48,724 nucleotides of DNA, from assembly GCA_041690355.1 (NCBI GenBank), contig JAWLHK010000029.1, forward strand, positions 1-48,724. Direction: 5' to 3'. Below, piece after piece: positions 18,656-27,080 of this stretch. A model generated the notes under the pieces. It worked only from the letters and a program-made list of their open reading frames with translations. It made no database searches and was not told where the DNA came from. The translations under genes were made by a program, and so were the position numbers. The number at the start of each line of letters is the position of its first letter. Positions within the stretch are counted from its first letter, which is position 1. Source of the DNA: a bacterium. Its GTDB lineage: Bacteria; J088; JAWLBW01.

Positions 18656-20167
18656 TCAACGGGGAGGCGGCGCGGCCGTCTCCCCGTTTCTTTTTGCTTT
18701 CGCTGGGGATGGGGCGTTTGCCGGTGACCGGGACCGTTTCGCGTCTCCTGGAATGTCCTGGTGTTCATCCCGCGGCGCCGTCTGCTTTTCCGCGCTCGCC
18801 GCCGCATACCCGCTGCGGTACGTGAAGTCGTAGCGTGCCGGTCGGGTTACGACCGGGGCGAGGGGGCCTGAGTCGGCGAGCGGGCGGCCCGTGCGCTCGA
18901 GACGAATCCGCAGCTCGCCTGCCTGCATGGGAAAGGAGACATGGCGCAGTCCGGCCTTGACGGGGAGAACCTGTCGACGGCCGGCGTTCTCGAAGACAAC
19001 CTCGGCATCGGCGTGGAGCAGCAGGCTGATGTAGACCCGATCTTCAAAGGCCCGCCAGCCGGCGGGGCGGCCGGGACCTTCGTTCGCAGCCTCGGCCTTG
19101 CGCAGATGGGGGCGGTAGAACCAGAAGACTTCGTCCTGCATGATGGCGGGCTGCTTGCCCTGTTTGAACCAGTTCGCGTAGTAGGCGTTCAGGCGCAGGT
19201 AGGCGTTGTGATCGGGCCCTTCGCCCGCGGGACCGAAGTGCGTGCCTTCGCCACCGTCGTTCCAGGTGACGAGTTCGACCCAGCGCGCGCCGTTTTCGCG
19301 AACGGCCTGCCACTGTGCGTGCAGCCCTTCGCCGCCCTGGCCGTCGAAGGCGCGGTTGTTCGAGGTCTTGTGCGAGGAATACCCCGGCGAAACGCCGGCC
19401 ATGAAGAGGCGGTCTGCCTTGCCGGCCTGGCGACCATGCGCCTCGATCGCCGCGGCCAGGGCTTCGGGGCGTCCCGCGGCGCCGAAGAAGAAGATTCCCT
19501 CGAGCAGATCGCCATGCTTCAGGTGGAGGCGGCCGATGTCGTCGGGCCCGGGCACCTCGGGATAACCCGGCGGGTAGAAGAAGGGGACGAAGAAGACGCC
19601 GGCGCCCCGCCTCTCGAGCGGCTCCAACACCGCCTTGTTCCAGTCTGCCTTCCCTTCGCCGCCGAATGTCGACAAGACCACCCGGCCTCTCGCCTTGAGC
19701 TGATTCGGGTGGTCGGCGAAGCGTGTCACCATGTCGCGTAGGTCTGCATCGGTCAGGCCGCAGCAGAGATCGGCGGAAAGAAAAAGGCGGAAGTCGGGGG
19801 CCTCGCGGGCCGCGGCGGCAAACATCCGTTCGGCGCGTTGCCGATAGTGCGGTTCTTTGGACCAGCCGCCGGCATTCAGGGCAAAGCCGTCGATTCCATG
19901 CTGCCTGGCAAGGCGAATCTCCTTTTGAAATGATTCGGTGCTGTCGCCGAGCGCCGGGCAGCAGAGCATGTAGTGAGCGTAGACGGCCCGTGGAGGCTCT
20001 TCCGCTCGGGCAGGGCCGCTGAGGATAACCGCCGCGAGTACCCAGGCCAGCGTCACGGTTCGGCAGATGGTCCGCGTACGCAGGCGGTTCACAGGCGCCG
20101 GCATCACAGTTTGAGAGGACGCCGTGTCTCGCAGCGTGTTTGCCTTCCGGTCGACTTCTCCCGGCAT
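18656..20167 (-). CDS. Secreted single-domain GH71-like glycoside hydrolase (start may be ATG 20104)
   Basis: Hydrophobic signal ending ARA; VYAHYMLCC, IDGFALNAG, FRLFLSADLCC, VLSTFGG, FFVPFF, VELVTWNDGGEG, NAYYANWFKQG.QP, FWFYRPH. Last gene of the 26606-18656 minus-strand operon. Confidence 0.82.
   Translation of the reverse strand: MPGEVDRKANTLRDTASSQTVMPAPVNRLRTRTICRTVTLAWVLAAVILSGPARAEEPPRAVYAHYMLCCPALGDSTESFQKEIRLARQHGIDGFALNAGGWSKEPHYRQRAERMFAAAAREAPDFRLFLSADLCCGLTDADLRDMVTRFADHPNQLKARGRVVLSTFGGEGKADWNKAVLEPLERRGAGVFFVPFFYPPGYPEVPGPDDIGRLHLKHGDLLEGIFFFGAAGRPEALAAAIEAHGRQAGKADRLFMAGVSPGYSSHKTSNNRAFDGQGGEGLHAQWQAVRENGARWVELVTWNDGGEGTHFGPAGEGPDHNAYLRLNAYYANWFKQGKQPAIMQDEVFWFYRPHLRKAEAANEGPGRPAGWRAFEDRVYISLLLHADAEVVFENAGRRQVLPVKAGLRHVSFPMQAGELRIRLERTGRPLADSGPLAPVVTRPARYDFTYRSGYAAASAEKQTAPRDEHQDIPGDAKRSRSPANAPSPAKAKRNGETAAPPPR
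18658..18695 (+). terminator. Intrinsic terminator of the tandem-GH71 gene, overlapping the 3' tail of the convergent gene
   Basis: Stem AACGGGGAGGCGGC / GCCGTCTCCCCGTT (one G-U), loop GCG, followed by TCTTTTT. Confidence 0.7.
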
Positions 20168-20169
20168 CG

Positions 20170-21981
20170 CTACGCGGCCCTGGCGAGAGACGGTTCCTCC
20201 GATCCGCTCAGACGGGGACCGATGATGCGAAGCGGATGACCCGCGCAGAGCATGCCCGCGGGTACGTTACGCATGGCGACCGACCGGGCGCTGAGCACGG
20301 ATCCGCGACCGACGCAAACCCCGGGGCCCACGAAGACCTCGGCGGCGATCCAGGCCTGGGCTTCGATGCGGATGGGCTTGACGATCAGGTCAAAGCCCGT
20401 CCGCCTGTGATCATGGGACCCGGTGCAGAGAAAACTGCGCTGCGAGACGACGACGTCGTTGCCCAGGGTGATGTCTTCGAGGGAGTGCAGGTAGGCCTCT
20501 TCTCCGATCCACACGTCATCGCCGACGGAGAGACGCCAGGGATAAGTGATGCGCACCGAGGGGCGGATCTTGACCCGTTTTCCCACCCGGGCGCCGAACG
20601 CACGCAGAATGCCAGCCCGAAAGCCGTCGGCGAAGTGGGGCGAGAAGCGGAAGACGGTCGCCTGCACGCCGAACCAGAGCAGGACCATGGCGGCGGGCCG
20701 GCCGCGGCTGTACCAGGACTGATCATACTGCGCGATCCGCTGGTAATCCGGCGCGCCGCCACGCATCCGGTTGTCCACTGAAGCCTGTGATTCCGGTGCG
20801 GGTTCGGCGTCCCGATTCATTCTCTTCTCTGTTTTCATCTTCTCTTTCCTCTGCATCGCTACGTCTCCGTCCGCACAGTAGAGCCGGCAGGCCTCGCCAA
20901 TCTGCGAGGCGATCGACGGCCAGGTGTAGCGTTCGTCAAGCAGGCGCCGCCCGGCTCTGCCACGCTCGCTGCGTTCGTCGTCCGATGCGTGCAGCGCCTG
21001 GCGCAAGGTCTCGCGCACGGCGTCGGCTTCGGGCGCGCACTCCCATCCGCCGCCTTCGCGGGCGAGCTCGGGAAAGTTGCAGGCGTCGGTCGCCAGGACG
21101 GGCACCGAGCAGGCCATCGCTTCGAGAATGGCGACCGAGAAGCCCTCGGAGTACGACGGGAGCAGAAAGAGGTCGGCCGACTTGAGCAGGGCCGTTTTTG
21201 CGTCGCCCCAGAGGGGCCCCGGCATGTGGACCTGGCCGGCCAGGTCGAACCGGTCGATCAGGCTGCGCACTTCGGCGGCGTAGCCGCCTTCATCGGGACC
21301 CGCAATGACCAGTTCCCAGTCGTGTGTTTCCCTTGCGAGGGCGGCCCAGGCGGGCAGCAGCAGGTCGAGTCCCTTCTTGGGGTGCAGGCGGCCGAGAAAG
21401 ACGGCCCGCTTTCGCTGTCTTGGGGCGGAGGCTCCCGCGTAGGTATCGAAGGGCAGGGTATCGATGCCGTTTGCCGCGACGACGATGGGCGCCGTGATCC
21501 CCTGCGCGCGAATCTGGTCGGCCTCGCGCATCGTAAGGGCCCGCCAGAGGCGGGCGCGCCTGAAATTGCTGTCTTCGAACAGGCGGTGCACCAGGCGCTT
21601 CTTCCAGTGGGATCGATTGAGTATCCACGGTTCGAAAAAACCGTGCACGTGGTAAACGAGCGGTCGGTTGGTTCGAGCCGCTTCGCGGCCGAACAACGCG
21701 TTGGGCGCCACATAGAGCCCGTGCCCGTGCACGACGTCGCATGCCTCGACGAGACGGCGCGCGTGCGCCGCAAGGCCGCGGGCGAAGTAGAGGGGTTGGG
21801 GTCCCGTCCTCTCATACTGGAGGACCCCCGGCCAGGATTCGGTGAAGTCCTGCGACCGCGTGGCCGCGAGCGTCGAGCCCTCGCCGCGCCGGCGCAGCTG
21901 GTCATGCAGTTCAAGGGCGGCGCGGCCGAGGCCGCCGCCTTGCAGCGGCTCGAGTGATTGTACGAAATGCAGGTGCTTCAT
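20170..21981 (-). CDS. In-frame fusion: GT4 glycosyltransferase (N-terminal ~370 aa) plus WcaF-like hexapeptide-repeat O-acetyltransferase (from about 20856)
   Basis: GT4 motifs FLGRLHPKKGLD, LVIAGPDEGGY, FLLPSYSEGFSVAILEAMA. WcaF motifs RGRPAAMVLLW..VQAT.FR.SP, LRAFGARVG..V.IRPSVRITYPWRL.VGD..WIG, VSQ.SFLCTGSHD. Confidence 0.85.
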   Translation of the reverse strand: MKHLHFVQSLEPLQGGGLGRAALELHDQLRRRGEGSTLAATRSQDFTESWPGVLQYERTGPQPLYFARGLAAHARRLVEACDVVHGHGLYVAPNALFGREAARTNRPLVYHVHGFFEPWILNRSHWKKRLVHRLFEDSNFRRARLWRALTMREADQIRAQGITAPIVVAANGIDTLPFDTYAGASAPRQRKRAVFLGRLHPKKGLDLLLPAWAALARETHDWELVIAGPDEGGYAAEVRSLIDRFDLAGQVHMPGPLWGDAKTALLKSADLFLLPSYSEGFSVAILEAMACSVPVLATDACNFPELAREGGGWECAPEADAVRETLRQALHASDDERSERGRAGRRLLDERYTWPSIASQIGEACRLYCADGDVAMQRKEKMKTEKRMNRDAEPAPESQASVDNRMRGGAPDYQRIAQYDQSWYSRGRPAAMVLLWFGVQATVFRFSPHFADGFRAGILRAFGARVGKRVKIRPSVRITYPWRLSVGDDVWIGEEAYLHSLEDITLGNDVVVSQRSFLCTGSHDHRRTGFDLIVKPIRIEAQAWIAAEVFVGPGVCVGRGSVLSARSVAMRNVPAGMLCAGHPLRIIGPRLSGSEEPSLARAA

Positions 21982-23222
21982 GCGGCCATCTCCAGCGTGA
22001 GGTCTGCTTGCCGCCCCAGGGCGGCCCGGGCGGCCGAGAGGGCGTTCTGCGCAAAGGCTTCGCAGGAATAGCCTTCAATGATCTGCCGCCCCCGGCGACC
22101 CATGCGTTCGCCGAGCTGCCGATCCAGAGCCAGGCGCGCCATGGCCTCGGCGAGGGCGAGCGGGTTGCGCGGCGAGAAGACAAACCCGTTGGCGCGCTGC
22201 TCGAGCGGCCCTGCGAGCGCGTCTGATACGCCGGGGACGAGGTCTTCAGCGCAGCCGGCCGTGCGGCTGACGATCACCGGCAGGCTCGAGGCCATGGCTT
22301 CGTTGACCACCAGACCCCACTCTTCTTGCAGGCTCGGAAGGATGAAGGCTTCGGCAAGTGCGTAAAACGCCGGCAGTTCGTCAACCTGCCGGAAACCGAA
22401 GAAGTGCACCGCCGGCTCACCCGAGCGGGCGTGCGGGGTGGCGCCTCCGGAACGCACCGGCAGTCGCAGCCGATGGCAAAGCCGGCGCAACTGCGCCTCG
22501 TTCTCGCCCGAGCCGACGAGTACCAGGTGGTGCGGGGCCGCGGGCAAGCGGCGGCGGAAGGCGCCAAAGGCGCGCAACAACAGCGGCAGATTCTTCTTGT
22601 CGACCATGCGGCCGACATTCAGAAAGTACCGTTCGGGCAGGCCGAGCCGCCGCCTCGTCGACGGCGCCCGTGCCCGGACACGCGCGGCCTGCGCGGCAAA
22701 CCAGGCGTTGTCGACGGCGTCGTAGCCTGTGAAGATCCGGGCGGGTGGCAGGCCGAGGCGGGTGAAGTAGCGCCGGTGGCGCTCGCCCGCCAGAAGGGCC
22801 GCGTCGAAACGCCGCACCAACGCACGTTTGACCAAGGCCTGCAGCCCCGAGGCGCGGGCGGTGCCGTCGTGGCTGTCGTTCATCATGACGGAGGGGATGT
22901 CGAGCAGTCGCGCGGCCGCCAGCGCCGCCGCCGAGGGCCGCGGCCAGTAGCTGGGAATCAGGATGACGTCGACCGCATGCCGGCGCAGCGCCGCGATCAT
23001 GCGGGGCAGGGCGTCTCCGAAACCGATGGTCTCGGCCGACCGGTCGGGAAAGAGGGTGTCGAGTTTTCCTGCCCTTCGGCTCTGCCATGCGTAAGTCGTG
23101 GTCGCGCCGGCCAGTTGAAGGGCCGTCACGGCCACGCCCTGCATCTGACCGGCCTCTTCGAGCGCCGCGAGGCGGGCGTGGTGATAGGGCCCGTAATGGT
23201 AGAAGAGAACGGCGATGTTCAT
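21978..23222 (-). CDS. Glycosyltransferase family 4
   Basis: Start ATG 23222 overlaps the upstream TGA (ATGA); MNIAVLFYHYGPYHHARL, GYDAVDNAWF, FLNVGRMVDKKNL, FILPSLQEEWGLVVNEAMA. Confidence 0.9.
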   Translation of the reverse strand: MNIAVLFYHYGPYHHARLAALEEAGQMQGVAVTALQLAGATTTYAWQSRRAGKLDTLFPDRSAETIGFGDALPRMIAALRRHAVDVILIPSYWPRPSAAALAAARLLDIPSVMMNDSHDGTARASGLQALVKRALVRRFDAALLAGERHRRYFTRLGLPPARIFTGYDAVDNAWFAAQAARVRARAPSTRRRLGLPERYFLNVGRMVDKKNLPLLLRAFGAFRRRLPAAPHHLVLVGSGENEAQLRRLCHRLRLPVRSGGATPHARSGEPAVHFFGFRQVDELPAFYALAEAFILPSLQEEWGLVVNEAMASSLPVIVSRTAGCAEDLVPGVSDALAGPLEQRANGFVFSPRNPLALAEAMARLALDRQLGERMGRRGRQIIEGYSCEAFAQNALSAARAALGRQADLTLEMAA

Positions 23223-24592
23223 CGCCAACCTCCCTGCGCCAGGCTGAAGGAATGTTGGCGGTGCGGAGCCGTTTCCCTGGAGACGAAGAATACGCTCCAG
23301 ATCGGCAGCCACATGAAAAGATAGAAGTTTACGAACGGAAGCATGTTCTGGGTGACAAAGTAGATGAAGCCGATCAGCAGACAGGCATAGTTCGCCAGGG
23401 ACTGGGCATCCTGCCGCCCTGCCCGAAGGTACCGGTCCATCAGGAACATGCCGAGAAGCGCCCAGAAGATCGGCGCGAGCCGGCCGAAACGATACCCCGC
23501 GTCGGCGACGCCGGTCTCGGCCGCGCCGGGGGCGGGCTCCCACGAGCCGCTCTCGCGCATGGTCTGCGCGGTCGAAAGTGAATAGTCGTGCCAGGTGGGC
23601 TTGTCTGGCCACCAGGCGCGCGGAATGAAGTTGAGAATCGGAAAGAGCCATTTCCGGCCGTAGTCCACGGCGCCGACTCGTTCTCGCGCCGCCGTCGAGC
23701 CGACGGCGACGGCAAGCTCGTTTCCTTCGTCTACGGTCGAGCCTGCCGACATGGTGCGAATCTTTTCCATGTCCGAAAACAGCGCTGAAACGGCGTCGAG
23801 CTGTTGGCGCAGAGAGGTTTCGCCGATCGCGGTCTGGCCGCGAAGGTAGGGGGTCACGACGATCAGGCCCGCGGCAATCGTTCCGACGATCACGAGGGGC
23901 AGGGCCGAGCGCCGCCTGCCCGACGAGCGCGCCCTGGCTTTCGGATCGTAGCAGTAGGCGGCCAGGAAGATGATGACGAGGCGAATCCAGGAGCCCCGCT
24001 GATTGGTGAACCAGGCGTCGAACAGAAGGTACGCGGCCGTCGCCAGCGTGGCCGCATCGATCAACGGATTGGGGCCGCTCGCCTTGCGGGCAAGCAGAAA
24101 GAGGAGAAGACCCGCAAAGAGAAAATAGCGCATCTCGTAAACGTAGCCGCTCACCTGCTCATAGGCGCCGAGCCCGTGGCCCGCGTAATACGAAACCCAG
24201 CCGCCCGAAGCTGCGATGAAATACAGATAGGCGGCTGCTCCGACCGAGGTGACGGTGAGCGCGGCCAGCAGATACCGCGACCCATCAAGAGTGGGTGCCG
24301 ATGGGGTGGGCTTGTCGGCGGCGCGTCTCTTCATCAGGGCATGCAGGGCGCCGATCTCAAAGGCGCAGCCCGAAGCCATGGCGAGTACGAGAAAGTATCG
24401 GTACTGGTTTTCGGTGAAAAGGTGGTCGATCTCTTCGCCGGCGCTCCAGTAGGGAAGAATGTAGAGAAGGGTGAACAGCACCCAGACGAACAGGCGTGGA
24501 TCAAGGGCCGCCTCCGGTCGCTTCCGGATGGCCGACAGGCGAAACAGGGCCATCGTCAGAAAGGGAACGGTAAGTGCGAAGGTGACGGTCAT
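23219..24592 (-). CDS. wzy: Polytopic membrane protein, probable Wzy repeat-unit polymerase
   Basis: ATG 24592 in ATGA overlap; about 10-12 hydrophobic segments with a large loop containing 'DYG...FPILNFIPRAWWPDKP'; lies among GTs in a Wzx/Wzc/Wza locus. Function is inferred from topology and context. Confidence 0.7.
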   Translation of the reverse strand: MTVTFALTVPFLTMALFRLSAIRKRPEAALDPRLFVWVLFTLLYILPYWSAGEEIDHLFTENQYRYFLVLAMASGCAFEIGALHALMKRRAADKPTPSAPTLDGSRYLLAALTVTSVGAAAYLYFIAASGGWVSYYAGHGLGAYEQVSGYVYEMRYFLFAGLLLFLLARKASGPNPLIDAATLATAAYLLFDAWFTNQRGSWIRLVIIFLAAYCYDPKARARSSGRRRSALPLVIVGTIAAGLIVVTPYLRGQTAIGETSLRQQLDAVSALFSDMEKIRTMSAGSTVDEGNELAVAVGSTAARERVGAVDYGRKWLFPILNFIPRAWWPDKPTWHDYSLSTAQTMRESGSWEPAPGAAETGVADAGYRFGRLAPIFWALLGMFLMDRYLRAGRQDAQSLANYACLLIGFIYFVTQNMLPFVNFYLFMWLPIWSVFFVSRETAPHRQHSFSLAQGGWR

Positions 24593-25755
24593 GCCGGAAA
24601 CGCCTCCTGATACAGGGCGATCAGGCGTTCGACGTAAACATCCCAGCCCGTGAAGGCGTCTGTCGCCGTGGTTGCCGCAGCGGATGGAGCGAAATCTGCG
24701 GTCGCGCCTGGTTTCCCCCCGCCGTCGAGCAACCCTTCGACGGCATCGGCGATGGCCTCGGCGTCGCCCGGAGCCACGATGCGGTCGCCGCCTGCGGGAT
24801 CGGCGAGGTCGGCGGCGCCGGCGTTTCTGCTGACGATGATCGGAAGACCGGCGGCCATGGCCTCGGCGACGACAATCCCGAAGCCGTCTTCGATACTGGG
24901 CAGGACGAAGAGGTCGTGTTCGGCGTAGACCTCGGCGATGCGCTCGTTCGGTACGTGGGCAATATGCGTGAAGTGGCCGGCATGGCGTTCGATGATCGGA
25001 CGGTAGGCCGGGTCGAGAGCGCCGACAAGCGTCACCTCGAGGCCGCGATGGCCCCGGGCGCGAAGGAGGCGCGCCGCCTCGAGAAGGTGCGCCTGACCTT
25101 TGCGGAACGTAACCTGCCCGACGCAGAGCAGCCGTAACCGGGAAGCCGGTTGAAGATGTCGCCGTGGGGGCGGCAGGCGATCGACGGCGTACGGTAGGAC
25201 GGCGACGCGCTCGGCCGGAATGCCGGCGGCCACGAAGCTTTCTGCCACAAAACGCGAAGGCGCCAGCAGGCGATCCACCGCTGCGATTTCGCACAGCATG
25301 CGTTCCGTCGTGCGCCCGTCTTCCCGATAGTCTATCCCCCAGCGCGCATATTCGCGGCGCAGGAGATCGGTCTGGACGCAGGGATGGGCGTTGACCGCTT
25401 CGCCAACAATCTTCGTGCCGTGATTCCTGCAGTGCCGTACGAGATGCGGCGCGGTGCCGTGGAGGAGAACGTGAAGCACGTCTGCCGGTTGCCAATCACG
25501 CAGCACGGCGCTCTCCCACAGGCGATGGTAGAGCGGCATCATCGGCCGCAGCCCGCGCCCGCCCAGCGGCCGCAGGTGCGCGTACATCAGATATTCCTTC
25601 AGGGGATGATTGCGGAGGTGCCGCGGCGGGATCCCGGGAAAGCGGTAGCCGACCCGGTAGGCGTAGTGGAACTGGCCGAGCACGCCCCGCCGGGCGACCT
25701 CGTGGAGGTATTTGTGGTAGTGAAAGCGTCCGCAGATGGCGTAGTTGACGAGCAT
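24589..25755 (-). CDS. Glycosyltransferase family 4
   Basis: ATG 25755 after GGAG; LAPSRFVAESF, LCVGQVTFRKG, FVLPSIEDGFGIVVAEAMAAGLP. Confidence 0.9.
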   Translation of the reverse strand: MLVNYAICGRFHYHKYLHEVARRGVLGQFHYAYRVGYRFPGIPPRHLRNHPLKEYLMYAHLRPLGGRGLRPMMPLYHRLWESAVLRDWQPADVLHVLLHGTAPHLVRHCRNHGTKIVGEAVNAHPCVQTDLLRREYARWGIDYREDGRTTERMLCEIAAVDRLLAPSRFVAESFVAAGIPAERVAVLPYAVDRLPPPRRHLQPASRLRLLCVGQVTFRKGQAHLLEAARLLRARGHRGLEVTLVGALDPAYRPIIERHAGHFTHIAHVPNERIAEVYAEHDLFVLPSIEDGFGIVVAEAMAAGLPIIVSRNAGAADLADPAGGDRIVAPGDAEAIADAVEGLLDGGGKPGATADFAPSAAATTATDAFTGWDVYVERLIALYQEAFPA

Positions 25756-25769
25756 CGGAGCTTCTCCGG

Positions 25770-26606
25770 TCAATTCCTCAGGCCGCTGAGCGTTGCGGCG
25801 CCGCGCAGCAGGTACATGGCGTCGCCGCTGCGGGCCAGGTAGACGGCTTTGCGAAGCAGATAGGCGAGCTTCCGCAGGCGGAACTGCTTGCCCCAGCGCA
25901 GCTCGGGCTCCATCTCGACCCCGAAGGGCCGTCGAATGTCGCTCCACTCGCGCAGGGAGCGTTCGCTGCGCTTGTTCTCCGAGGTGATCGTGCCCGGATA
26001 GATGCGGAAGGCCCCGAGGTGGCGCGGAACGTGCACGAAGCGGTCGGACCGCATCCGGAGGCGTAGAAACAGTTCGCCATCCATGGCGGTCAGCAGGTCT
26101 TCGCGCAGCCCGCCGATGTCGACGAGGGTCCTGCGCTTGAACAGGGCGCTCTGGTTGGCCATCGTCATACCGTAGTAGAGCACGTCGTCGGCGGTAAAGG
26201 GGCAGTAGCGCAGGTCGCGGATGGTCTGTTCCTTTGCGTCGACCAGCAGCAGGTCGCCGAAAACGACGTCGACATCGGGACGCCAGGCGGCGGCCAGGGC
26301 ATGGAAGGCGCCCGGCAGATAATAGTCATCGGAGTTCTGCCAGCCGATGAGTTCACCGGTGGCGACGGCCAGGCCTTTGTTCAAGGCATGGCTGAGGCCC
26401 CCGTCGGGCTCGCTGACCCAATGGTGGATGTGAGATTCGTACTCGCGGATGATGTCGACCGAGTCATCGGTCGAACCGCCGTCGATGACGATGAGCTCGA
26501 GTTCGGGCCAGCCCTGCTGGAGAATCGAATCGAGGGTGCGTCGGAGAAAATGGCCCTGGTTGTACGAGGGTACGATTACGCTGATTCGAGGCCGGTCTGT
26601 CTGCAT
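25770..26606 (-). CDS. Glycosyltransferase family 2 (WcaE-like)
   Basis: ISVIVPSYNQG.FL, IVIDGGSTDDS, SEPDGGLSHALNKG, GWQNSDDYY. Confidence 0.92.
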   Translation of the reverse strand: MQTDRPRISVIVPSYNQGHFLRRTLDSILQQGWPELELIVIDGGSTDDSVDIIREYESHIHHWVSEPDGGLSHALNKGLAVATGELIGWQNSDDYYLPGAFHALAAAWRPDVDVVFGDLLLVDAKEQTIRDLRYCPFTADDVLYYGMTMANQSALFKRRTLVDIGGLREDLLTAMDGELFLRLRMRSDRFVHVPRHLGAFRIYPGTITSENKRSERSLREWSDIRRPFGVEMEPELRWGKQFRLRKLAYLLRKAVYLARSGDAMYLLRGAATLSGLRN

Positions 26607-27046
26607 GATAGGTCTCTGTGTCGAGTTCCGGATGCGATGCGCCGCCACGTTTTCGCAGGCCACGCCGCGGCGGCGCAGGGAGACACCGGGCCGGGCCTAC
26701 GCACCTGTCGTTGCGGCGTGCAGCGTGGCAGTCGGTTACGTCCAGCCTAGCATGCGGCTCAGCCGTCAACGCCCGCGTGACCGGCGGGACGGCGCCGCCA
26801 ACCGCATCCGCTTGCAAAGCGAGCCGTTTGCTGCTAATCCGCCCTCTTGACGGCTTGCGTCAAGCGGCGGCAAGGTGTCTCCGTCACCGCGGCGGCGCCT
26901 TGCTTGGGGCCGCCTCAGCCGGTGTTAATCTGGACTTGCAGGTCGGCTTTTCTCCGCAGATTTTCTTCTCAGCTGCATTTCTTCGGCACCTCCCGCTGAC
27001 AGGATCGCTGTCATGCCGAGGAAGCATCGACCGACACAAAAATCGT

Positions 27047-27080
27047 ACCCGTCAGGGGAATGGACCCGTCAGGGGAATGG
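27047..27080 (+). repeat. Perfect 17-bp tandem duplication covering the RBS region of the priming transferase
   Basis: ACCCGTCAGGGGAATGG at 27047-27063 and again at 27064-27080, immediately before ATG 27081. Confidence 0.95.
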
